Source: a virus
Lineage: Duplodnaviria; Heunggongvirae; Uroviricota; Caudoviricetes
DNA length: 48,428 bases
Reading direction: 5' to 3' (one strand)
IMG/VR virus record: IMGVR_UViG_3300028379_000400
Span: 64,001 to 112,428 of that record
The notes under the pieces were generated by a model. It was not told where the DNA came from. It saw only the letters and a program-made list of their open reading frames with translations, and made no database searches. Positions within the stretch are counted from its first letter, which is position 1. The number at the start of each line of letters is the position of its first letter. Positions 13,902-21,767 of this stretch are shown here, piece after piece. Position numbers and translations under genes: made by a program.

Positions 13902-15011
13902 ATGAAGAAGAAAGTCGTGAACGCGGCGCTTGCGTCGCGCGTCAACGCTATTTGCGCGCGGCATGCCAAGCTCGCGCCGAACGCCAACGTCGCCAGCTCG
14001 GAACGCCGTAGCTGGTACAATTTCGGCAAGAAGAACGCCGCGACGGATAGCACCGACCTCTTCATCTACGACGAGATCAGCTCCTGGTGGGGCATCAGTG
14101 CCAACGACTTCGTGGGCGATCTGCAGGCCGTCGATACCAAGGCGCTCAACCTCTACATCAACAGCCCGGGCGGCTCGGTGTTCGAGGGTTTCGCCATCTA
14201 CTCAGCGCTTGTGCGTTGGGCGACGCAGAACAAAGCGACGATCACGGTCATCGTCGACGGCTGGGCGGCGAGCATTGCCTCCGTGATCGCTATGGCCGGC
14301 GATACGATTAAGATCAGCGCGCTGGCCAGCTTCATGGTCCACCAGCCATGGGGCGGGGTCGTCGGCACAGCCGATGACATGCGTGCCGAGGCCGAGGTTC
14401 TCGACGAGATCAGCGCGACGCTGGTCGAGATCTATCAGGCCCGCACCGATGGCGATGCCGCCCAGATCGAAGCCTGGATGAACGCCGAGACCTGGTTCAA
14501 GGGTCAGCAGGCCGTCGATGCCGGCTTTGCCGACGAAGTGATCGCCCTGAAGGGCAAACCGGACACCGGCGAGGAAGTTCCCAGCACCGGCGATGACGAC
14601 GGTGACGAGCAGGATAGCGCCCGCCTGGCAGCGTCCCGCGACGTCGAATACTTCGCCACGATTTTCAAGAATCTGCCTGACGAGATCCGCGCCCAGCTCG
14701 GCGCATCCGCCAGCACCAATTCCTCGAAGACTGCGCCCACGGCCGATGCCGTGAAGACGCCGCGTCAGTTCGAGGACTTCCTTCGCGCGAATGGCTTCAG
14801 CAGCAACGCTGCCAAGTCGATCGCGTCCAATGGTTTCAAGTCGAAGACCGAAGCGCGGGAAGCGCCGGCCGTCGAGCCTGAAAAGCCCACCACTACGGAT
14901 CTCCGGGATGGAGCCGAGGAACGGGAACAAGCCGCCGCAGCAATCCGGACCCTGGCGAACGCCACGGCCATCCGCACCGCCGCAGCGAACCTGCTCAAAC
15001 GCTCCAAATAG
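13902..15011 (+). CDS. ClpP-like (S14) head maturation protease with C-terminal extension
   Basis: INSPGGSVFEG, DGWAASIASVIAMAG, FMVHQPW, ETWF. Confidence 0.95.
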   Translation: MKKKVVNAALASRVNAICARHAKLAPNANVASSERRSWYNFGKKNAATDSTDLFIYDEISSWWGISANDFVGDLQAVDTKALNLYINSPGGSVFEGFAIYSALVRWATQNKATITVIVDGWAASIASVIAMAGDTIKISALASFMVHQPWGGVVGTADDMRAEAEVLDEISATLVEIYQARTDGDAAQIEAWMNAETWFKGQQAVDAGFADEVIALKGKPDTGEEVPSTGDDDGDEQDSARLAASRDVEYFATIFKNLPDEIRAQLGASASTNSSKTAPTADAVKTPRQFEDFLRANGFSSNAAKSIASNGFKSKTEAREAPAVEPEKPTTTDLRDGAEEREQAAAAIRTLANATAIRTAAANLLKRSK

Positions 15012-15020
15012 GAGATCCTT

Positions 15021-16271
15021 ATGGATCCGGAACTGAAGAAGGCGCTCGACGCCCTCAATATGTCCTTCACGGACGCTGCTTCTGCGCAGACTAAGGCGCT
15101 GAAGGACTACCAGGAAGCCAACGACGCCAACGTCAAGAAGCACGACGCGCTTTATGACGAGAAGCTCGACAAGCTCAACGCCGAGCTCGACAAGTTCGAG
15201 CCCCTCAGCAAGGCTCTTGCCGACATCGAAGCCCGTCGCAAGACGGACGAAGAGGCCAATGCCGAGCGCGCGGAACAGCTCGATCGTATCGAGGCTCGCC
15301 TCAACCGTCCGGGCACCGGCAGCGCCGCCGAGGATGTTGCCGCCAAGGAATACCGCGATTGCTTCATGGCGTTCGCGCGCCACGGCAACGCGGCCTTCAC
15401 CGACGATCGCAAGAACGTCCTGCAGACCGGTGACAGCACCGCTGCCGGCTATCTCGCTCCTCCGGAGCTGATCGCCGAGATCATCAAGGAGATCGTCGAG
15501 TTCTCCCCGATGCGCAACTACGTGCGTGTCCGCACCACGTCCAACCGCGCGATCCAGGTGCCGCACCGCACCGGCCGCCCCGCAGCAGTGTGGGTTGGTG
15601 AAACCGAGACCCGTCCCGACACCGAGGGCCTGAGCTACGGGATGGATGACATTCCGGTTTGGGAAGCCACGATGGCGGTCCCGATTTCCCTCCAGATGCT
15701 CGAGGACAACGAGTTCAACCTCGACACCGAGATCGCTGAAGCCGTTTCCGAGGGCTATGGCCAGCAGGAAGGGCAGGCGCTCATCTCCGGAAACGCCGTC
15801 AAGAAGCCGCAGGGCTTCCTGAATGCCGCCGGCATCGGTAACGTCGCCAGCGGTGTCACCAACGACGTCACCGCCGACAACCTGATCGACCTCCACTACT
15901 CGATCAAGACCGGCTACGCGGCGCAGGGCCTCTTCGTCCTCAACCGCCTGTCCCTCGCCAAGGTGCGCAAGCTCAAGGACGGCAACGGCCAGTATCTCTG
16001 GGCGTCGGGTCTCGCGGCCGGTCGTGACAACACGATCGACGGCGCTCCCTACGTCGAGATGCCGGACATGCCGAACATCGGCTCCGGCCTCAAGCCCATC
16101 GCCTTCGGCGACTGGAAGCGCGGCTACACGCTGGTGGATCGCCTCGCAATGACGGTGCTCCGTGACGATGTCACGCGCGCCGGCAACGGCCAGGTGCTCT
16201 TCCGCTGGCGCCGCCGCCTCGGCGGTGCGGTCTCGATCGCCGAAGCCATCTCGGCGCTCACCGTCAACTAA
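15021..16271 (+). CDS. Major capsid protein, HK97 fold, with N-terminal coiled-coil delta domain
   Basis: AGYLAPPE, EGQALISGNAVKKPQG, KLKDGNGQYLW, FGDWKRGY; GGAG RBS. Confidence 0.97.
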   Translation: MDPELKKALDALNMSFTDAASAQTKALKDYQEANDANVKKHDALYDEKLDKLNAELDKFEPLSKALADIEARRKTDEEANAERAEQLDRIEARLNRPGTGSAAEDVAAKEYRDCFMAFARHGNAAFTDDRKNVLQTGDSTAAGYLAPPELIAEIIKEIVEFSPMRNYVRVRTTSNRAIQVPHRTGRPAAVWVGETETRPDTEGLSYGMDDIPVWEATMAVPISLQMLEDNEFNLDTEIAEAVSEGYGQQEGQALISGNAVKKPQGFLNAAGIGNVASGVTNDVTADNLIDLHYSIKTGYAAQGLFVLNRLSLAKVRKLKDGNGQYLWASGLAAGRDNTIDGAPYVEMPDMPNIGSGLKPIAFGDWKRGYTLVDRLAMTVLRDDVTRAGNGQVLFRWRRRLGGAVSIAEAISALTVN

Positions 16272-16301
16272 CGGCGCGACCGTCACACAAGGAGTACTAC
16301 A

Positions 16302-16742
16302 ATGCTGGACATCAACCTCCTGCGCGACGTCGAGATCTCTCGCGTCGCCAATGATGCCGTCGCCGGCACCGCCGACGTCGTGACCTCTGCGGTCGATATG
16401 TCGGGCTGGGGCGGGGTCATCTTCGTCGCCGCTCTCGGCGACGTCACCGCCGGATCCGTCCTGAGCCTCGGGGTTCAGGAATGCGACACGAGCGGCGGTT
16501 CCTACTCGCCTGTCACTGGCACCACCGGCAAGACCGCCGGCGCAAGCGACTGCGACAACAACCTTCTGCTCGTCGACGCAACCAAGCCGACCAAGCAGTT
16601 CGTGCAGGGCGTCCTCAAGCGCGGCACGCAGAACGCCGTGGTCGATGGCATCCTCGCCATCAAGTATGGCCCGCTGCATCGCCCTGTGACGCAGGGCGCC
16701 ACGGTCATCGGCGCGCTCACGCTGCCGAACGCCTCGGCCTAA
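16302..16742 (+). CDS. Putative capsid decoration protein (jelly-roll, Bbp16-like)
   Basis: Directly after the MCP, AAGGAG RBS; beta-rich VDMSGW...VQECD...KQFVQ pattern. Confidence 0.55.
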   Translation: MLDINLLRDVEISRVANDAVAGTADVVTSAVDMSGWGGVIFVAALGDVTAGSVLSLGVQECDTSGGSYSPVTGTTGKTAGASDCDNNLLLVDATKPTKQFVQGVLKRGTQNAVVDGILAIKYGPLHRPVTQGATVIGALTLPNASA

Positions 16743-16750
16743 TCGGCTCC

Positions 16751-16773
16751 GGACGGGGCCACGTGCCCCGTCC
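16751..16773 (+). terminator. 9-bp GC hairpin after the capsid/decoration genes (no U tract; mRNA stabiliser or partial terminator)
   Basis: GGACGGGGC-CACGT-GCCCCGTCC. Confidence 0.4.
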
Positions 16774-16843
16774 ACCTCCATTCAACTCCAAAGCGCCACG
16801 GCGCTAGAGGCGCGAAAGCGACCTCGCAGCAAAGGAGTCTCGC

Positions 16844-17314
16844 ATGTCGAGCCACGATACGCTCGTCTACCGCCGTCAGGGCGGCAAGGAAATGGTCGTC
16901 GACGCCGGCGGCCTAATCACCATCATGCCGGGCGGCCAGATCCAGTCGCCCAATGGCACGCCGCTCGTCAACGGTAAGCAGTATCAGACCAAGGCAGTAG
17001 CCGACCTCTCGGCTGAAGCCACCTACTACATGGTGGCCCGCTACGCCGGCCTGATCACGAACCTCTCGTCGATCATCGACGGGGCGATTCAGACCGCGGA
17101 TTGCACCGCGACCTTCTCGATCAATGGTGTCGCCGTCACTGGCGGCGTCTTGACGATGCCGGTTGCTGCCTCCGCCGCTGGCGCCAAGGCAAGTGCCGCT
17201 CCCACCGGCGCCAACACCGTCGCCATTGGCGACGTCATCTCCTTCGTGGTCACCGGTGACGGTTCGGGCGGTTCTCCGCGCGGCGAGATCACCGTCGAGA
17301 TCACCGCCCAGTAA
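16844..17314 (+). CDS. Putative head fibre/decoration protein
   Basis: VYRRQGGKEMVVDAGG N-terminus, beta-rich C-terminus; AAGGAG RBS. Confidence 0.5.
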   Translation: MSSHDTLVYRRQGGKEMVVDAGGLITIMPGGQIQSPNGTPLVNGKQYQTKAVADLSAEATYYMVARYAGLITNLSSIIDGAIQTADCTATFSINGVAVTGGVLTMPVAASAAGAKASAAPTGANTVAIGDVISFVVTGDGSGGSPRGEITVEITAQ

Positions 17315-17395
17315 TCGGGCATTTCAGCAAACGCAGCGGCGGGCCAGTCCCGCCGCATCACCCGCTGCTGAAGTCGGCGGCGCCAGGAGACGTTA

Positions 17396-17941
17396 ATGAC
17401 GGATACCTCCAAGGCCACCGCACTGAAGAGCTTCCTCTTCAGCCACAATGGCTACACCGAGCTTTTCGCCGAGATCGGCAAAGAGGTCGAGATTCCCATT
17501 CACCTGGTCGAGAACCTCGTGAAGGACGGCTACATCAAGCTTGTCACGGCCGTTGAGGGTAAGACTCAGGACCCCGGCAAGAAAGCGGCGACAGCCCCGT
17601 CGACTCAGCAGCCGGCGCCTATTCTGGACCTCGCCGAAGTGCTGGCCGCTCGCGCGCAGGTCGAGATCCCCGAAGATTGGTCCTCGCTGGCATGGTTCGC
17701 CAAGCGCTCGCTGGCCGCCAAGGTCAGTAATCTAACGGTTGACGATCTGACGCCCGACATGGCCACGGCGGCCATTCAGGCCGAACTTGATCGTCGCGCC
17801 GCATTGGCAGCAGCCGCCGCGCCTGCGTCTACCCCGGCCGCTACGTCTCCCGCTGCCGATCCTGCTGCTACCAGCTCGACGCCGGCGGCCGATCCCGCCG
17901 CGACGCCTGCGGCCACCGAGGCTGCCTCAACCGGAGCCTAA
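17396..17941 (+). CDS. Head-region protein with HeH/LEM-like helical motif and Ala/Pro/Thr-rich tail
   Basis: IPEDWSSLAWFAKRSLA...AIQAELDRR; PAADPAAT repeated at the C-terminus. Confidence 0.55.
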   Translation: MTDTSKATALKSFLFSHNGYTELFAEIGKEVEIPIHLVENLVKDGYIKLVTAVEGKTQDPGKKAATAPSTQQPAPILDLAEVLAARAQVEIPEDWSSLAWFAKRSLAAKVSNLTVDDLTPDMATAAIQAELDRRAALAAAAAPASTPAATSPAADPAATSSTPAADPAATPAATEAASTGA

Positions 17942-17944
17942 GCC

Positions 17945-18562
17945 GTGGCCATCATCGTCGTATCGAAGCCGGCGGTGCCGCCGCTCAGTGTGGTGCAGGT
18001 CAAAGACATCCTCCACATCGACTACGACGATGACGACATCGCTGTGGAGACCGCGCTGGACGCCGCAGTCGACAAGCTCGAGCGGCGCTGCGGCCGCGTC
18101 TTCGTGCAGCGCACCCTTGAATATCGGACCGACGAGTTTGAGCGCCAGATCGAGTTGCCGATCTTGCCGGTCCAAAGCGTGTCGTCGATCACCTACTTCG
18201 ACAGCACCGGGGTCCAGCAAACGCTCGACCCGTTGACCTATATCTTCATCTCCGGCGGCGACAACGACTCCTCTGTAGTCATCAGCGCCAGTGAGTGGCC
18301 ATCGCGGGATGCCGTGTTCAAGCGGCCCGACGCGGTTCGCATCCAATTCGCCGCGGGTTATGCGCCGATCATGCCCGATATGGGCGATCCTGACTATGTC
18401 ACCAACGTTCCGGACGGCATCAAGCAGGCGGTGAGTTGGCTTTGCGGCCACTTCCTGTCCAACCGAGAGTCCGTGATCGTGCCGTCCAATCGGCAAGTGG
18501 TGCAAGAGGTGCCCGACACCGTCGCCGAGATGATCGCGCCATTCATCGTCCCCCGTCTGTAG
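17945..18562 (+). CDS. Head-tail connector (gp6/phiE125 gp8-like)
   Basis: LHIDYDDDD...LPVQSVSSITY...VRIQFAAGY...VPDGIKQAV...HFLSNRE. Confidence 0.9.
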   Translation: MAIIVVSKPAVPPLSVVQVKDILHIDYDDDDIAVETALDAAVDKLERRCGRVFVQRTLEYRTDEFERQIELPILPVQSVSSITYFDSTGVQQTLDPLTYIFISGGDNDSSVVISASEWPSRDAVFKRPDAVRIQFAAGYAPIMPDMGDPDYVTNVPDGIKQAVSWLCGHFLSNRESVIVPSNRQVVQEVPDTVAEMIAPFIVPRL

Positions 18563-18571
18563 GACAGCTCG

Positions 18572-18904
18572 ATGCGCGTTGGCGGCCAGAAGACCCGGAT
18601 CGAGATCTGGCACAACGTCAAGACCGGCACGTCGCCCCTCAACGAGGATATCGTTGAGCCGGCGCTCTGGAAGAAGACTTGGGCCGAGATGTCCATGCAT
18701 CTGGGCCGCGAATATCTCGAGGGCAGGGTGCTTTCGCTCACCCTCTTCTACTTCTCGTGCCGCTACTTCTCGGTGGCCGGCATCGACACATCCTACTGGC
18801 TGGTCGTCAAAGGCCAGACCTACGATATCCGGAACGTCAACCCTGACTTCTCGGATAGCGACAACACAATCATCGAAGCACGCGTCCAGGACGTCAAAGC
18901 TTGA
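18572..18904 (+). CDS. Head closure/head-tail adaptor (SPP1 gp16-like)
   Basis: MRVGGQKTRIEI...WAEM...KGQTYDIRNVNP; expected position. Confidence 0.85.
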   Translation: MRVGGQKTRIEIWHNVKTGTSPLNEDIVEPALWKKTWAEMSMHLGREYLEGRVLSLTLFYFSCRYFSVAGIDTSYWLVVKGQTYDIRNVNPDFSDSDNTIIEARVQDVKA

Positions 18905-19257
18905 GCAGCCTGCATTTCGCCGTCCAGCGCCTGATCCGTTCGGGCGAGCTGCAGGACGTGACCGTTTGGCCGATCGCCGCAGGCGACACTAAGCCTGGTG
19001 TCATCGTCAATCGGACCTCTGAATCGGTCGAGAACAGGCTGACGCAAGGCGTGTTGATCATGAGCTGCCAGTCGGTTGAGGCCATGGAGGCTGACGCCAT
19101 CGGCGAGCGCGTCATCAAGGCGCTAACCGGCTGCGTCGACTTTGAGTGCGACGGCGTCAGCGACATCGAGTTTCAGCGCGGGCCGGTCGACGTCACCTCG
19201 CTCGACATGCAGCGCGGCGTCTTCTTGCGCGAGATCGAATACGTAATTTCGTGGTGA
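18901..19257 (+). CDS. Tail completion/terminator-like protein, paralog 1
   Basis: Aligns by eye along its whole length with 19262-19663. Confidence 0.6.
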   Translation: MSSLHFAVQRLIRSGELQDVTVWPIAAGDTKPGVIVNRTSESVENRLTQGVLIMSCQSVEAMEADAIGERVIKALTGCVDFECDGVSDIEFQRGPVDVTSLDMQRGVFLREIEYVISW

Positions 19258-19261
19258 CCCG

Positions 19262-19663
19262 ATGAGTGCCACCGCGATCATCATCCAGAAACTGCTGGCT
19301 GATTCAGACGTTACGAACGTTGTTGGCCAGACAATCCGGCCGGTGCTGTTCGAGAAGACCGACGCGCCGCCGAGCATTCTGGTCAACATCGTCTCTGGCC
19401 GTGACGGCCTCTCGCTCGCTGGCGCCGACCAGTATTTCACCGACCGGATGCAGGTCGAGTGCCTGGCACGATCGGCGACCGATGCCGAGACCCTGAGCAA
19501 GCTCGTCATGAGGACGCTCAACGGCGTCATCAAGGAGTCGATCGCCGGCTGCGTCGATGTCGACATCTGGTTCGCCGGGACGTCCTTCAGCCGATACAGC
19601 GACGACCTGATCACCTTTAGCCGGGTCCTGCAGTTCTACGTGCAGTGGAGAGAGACTCCATAG
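19262..19663 (+). CDS. Tail completion/terminator protein (DUF3168/gp17-like), paralog 2
   Basis: LLADSDVTNVVGQTIRP...RMQVECLA...AETL...LNG pattern. Confidence 0.8.
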   Translation: MSATAIIIQKLLADSDVTNVVGQTIRPVLFEKTDAPPSILVNIVSGRDGLSLAGADQYFTDRMQVECLARSATDAETLSKLVMRTLNGVIKESIAGCVDVDIWFAGTSFSRYSDDLITFSRVLQFYVQWRETP

Positions 19664-20182
19664 ATGGCAGCTCCCGTCATGCGGGGCGATGCCGAGTTGA
19701 CCGCTGCGCTGCGCGAGCTCGGTAAGGGCCCACGCGCCGCTGATATCGATGCCGCGGCAAAGAATTCGCTGGCGCCGATGCTGCAGCAGACCAAAGACGC
19801 GATGCGCGCCAACCGCAACTACGTCGGCAAGTATCCTGCCTTCTTCCCACAACCTGAATCGCCGCGTGACGGCGGTTTCGTGGATGCCGGCGTTGCTATC
19901 AAGCGATCGACGGTCACGCCGACGCGCCGCACCTACAAGATGGGCGCCACGAGCCGCCGTGCTCGCTACCTGCTGCATCTGCTCGAGTTCGGCACGATGC
20001 CTCACTACCAGCCCCACTTCCATGGCGGCTGGCAGCATCCTGGCGCTGCGCCCAACCCCGCAATGGTGCCGGCCTACGAGAACAACAAGGCCGGGGCGAT
20101 CAGCAGCTTCAGCAATGACCTTCTGGCCCGCATCGAGGCCAGAGCCAATGCGATGGGCATGAAGTTCCGTCGCTCCAATTGA
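19664..20182 (+). CDS. HK97 gp10-like neck/tail component
   Basis: MRGDAELTAALREL...HLLEFGT...PNPAMVPAYE. Confidence 0.8.
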   Translation: MAAPVMRGDAELTAALRELGKGPRAADIDAAAKNSLAPMLQQTKDAMRANRNYVGKYPAFFPQPESPRDGGFVDAGVAIKRSTVTPTRRTYKMGATSRRARYLLHLLEFGTMPHYQPHFHGGWQHPGAAPNPAMVPAYENNKAGAISSFSNDLLARIEARANAMGMKFRRSN

Positions 20183-20193
20183 GGAGATCCGGA

Positions 20194-20451
20194 ATGGCTG
20201 ATGCCGCTCCCGCTGCCGCAGCGCAGCCCGCCGTAGTCTCGGCAACCGCAACTGCCGCTCCCGCGCCTGCAGCGCCGGTCGCTGCCTCTGCGCCTGCGAA
20301 GGACGCCCTTGCGGCCGACGCCAAGCCGGAGTCGCGAGACATCGGCACTTGGAAGTTCCGGCCTTGGAATGGCGTCGACCACTGGGTCCATGAGCGGCTC
20401 GGCCTATCGACCTTCAAGGAATCCGAGGCCCGCCGGCAGCGCCGGCTCTAG
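20194..20451 (+). CDS. Hypothetical protein with Ala/Pro-rich N-terminus
   Basis: GAGGAG RBS at 20181-20186; compact C-terminal domain (WKFRPWNGVDHW). Confidence 0.5.
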   Translation: MADAAPAAAAQPAVVSATATAAPAPAAPVAASAPAKDALAADAKPESRDIGTWKFRPWNGVDHWVHERLGLSTFKESEARRQRRL

Positions 20452-20563
20452 CCAACCCCTCCATCGACGAATGCGCCCGTCCTGGCTGACCGCCGGGCCG
20501 GCTCGTCACGCCCAAAAAACCTAGCCGCCCGGGGCAGCGGCCATACCTCCACAGGAGCGACTT

Positions 20564-21019
20564 ATGACGGGCGTAGCATCGACCGGCAAAATTGGTATTG
20601 GCGTTCTGCTTCAGGTTTCCGACGGCAATCCGTCGCCGACCTGGGCGACCGTCGCCAACGTGACCACACTCAGCGGCGGCGGCGCCACGCTGGACATGGT
20701 GGATAGCACCCACCTCAACAGCCCCGACTTCTACGCCGAGATGACTCCCGGCCTGAAGCATTCGACGGCTTGGACTGGCACCGTCCAGTGGGATCCTTCC
20801 GATCCTACCCTGGGCCCGGTCTCTGGCCTCGCCAAGTTCCTCGAGGATCGCTCGATCCAGACCTTCCGCATCAACCCGTCGCAGCTCGGCATCATGACTA
20901 CGCTCGAGTGCGATGCGTATTGCTCGGAGCTGGGCAACATCGACGTGTCCCCGACCGGCCTGATGACTCAGGCTTTTACACTCACGCCGACCGGCGCCAT
21001 CCGCCGCGTTGATCTGTAG
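20564..21019 (+). CDS. Tail tube (major tail) protein
   Basis: GIGVLLQVSDG...VANVTTLSGGG...DSTHLNSP...TPGLK; CAGGAG RBS. Confidence 0.88.
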   Translation: MTGVASTGKIGIGVLLQVSDGNPSPTWATVANVTTLSGGGATLDMVDSTHLNSPDFYAEMTPGLKHSTAWTGTVQWDPSDPTLGPVSGLAKFLEDRSIQTFRINPSQLGIMTTLECDAYCSELGNIDVSPTGLMTQAFTLTPTGAIRRVDL

Positions 21020-21027
21020 GAGCTCGG

Positions 21028-21507
21028 ATGAGCAGACCTGCCAACAAGGCAAGGGGAGAGGTCGCCATCTCCGGATTCGGGGATGGCGCCTTCCTTCAGT
21101 TCACCATCGACTCGATGGAGCGCTTGCAGAGCGCTTACAGCGATAAATGGCTCGACACCGTCCTCGCCGGCCTTGCCGATTTCAACGTCCCAGCCTTCAA
21201 GACTTGCATCGAAGTCTCGCTGATTGGCGGCGTCCGCGCCGACGATAAAGAAGCGCCCCTAGATTTCTCTGGGTTGCGCAATCTCGATGAAACCCGGGAC
21301 GCGATCTACGACGCGCTATTCCTGCAGCTCTACGGCAAGACATTCGCCGAAAAGAAGCTCCAGGAGGAAGCTGAGTATCTCGAGACAACCAAGAAGAGGT
21401 TGAAAGAGATCGACGGCGACCCTCATCTAGCGGCGTTGATTTTCTCACAACAGTTCGGACGGCCGCCTACCGAGCCGGGCTCCGACCTGGAGAAGTCCGC
21501 CGCCTAA
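21028..21507 (+). CDS. Tail assembly chaperone (gpG-like)
   Basis: ANKARGEV N-terminus; lies between the tail tube and tape measure genes. Confidence 0.8.
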   Translation: MSRPANKARGEVAISGFGDGAFLQFTIDSMERLQSAYSDKWLDTVLAGLADFNVPAFKTCIEVSLIGGVRADDKEAPLDFSGLRNLDETRDAIYDALFLQLYGKTFAEKKLQEEAEYLETTKKRLKEIDGDPHLAALIFSQQFGRPPTEPGSDLEKSAA

Positions 21508-21758
21508 CGGTGCTTGAGATTCGTGACTACTGTCACGAGCAGGGCGACGCAGCCTGGGAACGGGTTGTGCAGTCCGCCTGGCTCACAGGCCAATTGGTGA
21601 CCATCGGGCATCACATCCCGAAGGATTACCCCAAGTCCATCGACAAATTGCTTGGCCGCGCCGAACCGGCGCCCAAACCGGCAACGGCTCAGCAATGGGC
21701 TGCGCTCCTCTCCCAAATGAGCGGGGCGCCGGTGAAGATGGCTGAGCCCACACTCTAG
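21438..21758 (+). CDS. gpT-like -1 frame extension of the tail assembly chaperone (ORF track start 21510)
   Basis: The -1 frame is open from 21375 and reads DFLTTVRTAAYRAGLRPGEVRRLTVLEIRDY. Confidence 0.65.
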   Translation, partial: DFLTTVRTAAYRAGLRPGEVRRLTVLEIRDYCHEQGDAAWERVVQSAWLTGQLVTIGHHIPKDYPKSIDKLLGRAEPAPKPATAQQWAALLSQMSGAPVKMAEPTL

Positions 21759-21767
21759 GGGCGATCC

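Noticed and set aside
14202-16781. 859-aa minus-strand ORF, plus other long antisense ORFs (10825-12264, 40705-41892, 36024-37061)
   Set aside because: Shadow frames of high-GC genes with clear plus-strand identities (capsid, terminase, phosphoesterase, GT); no recognisable motifs or RBS.
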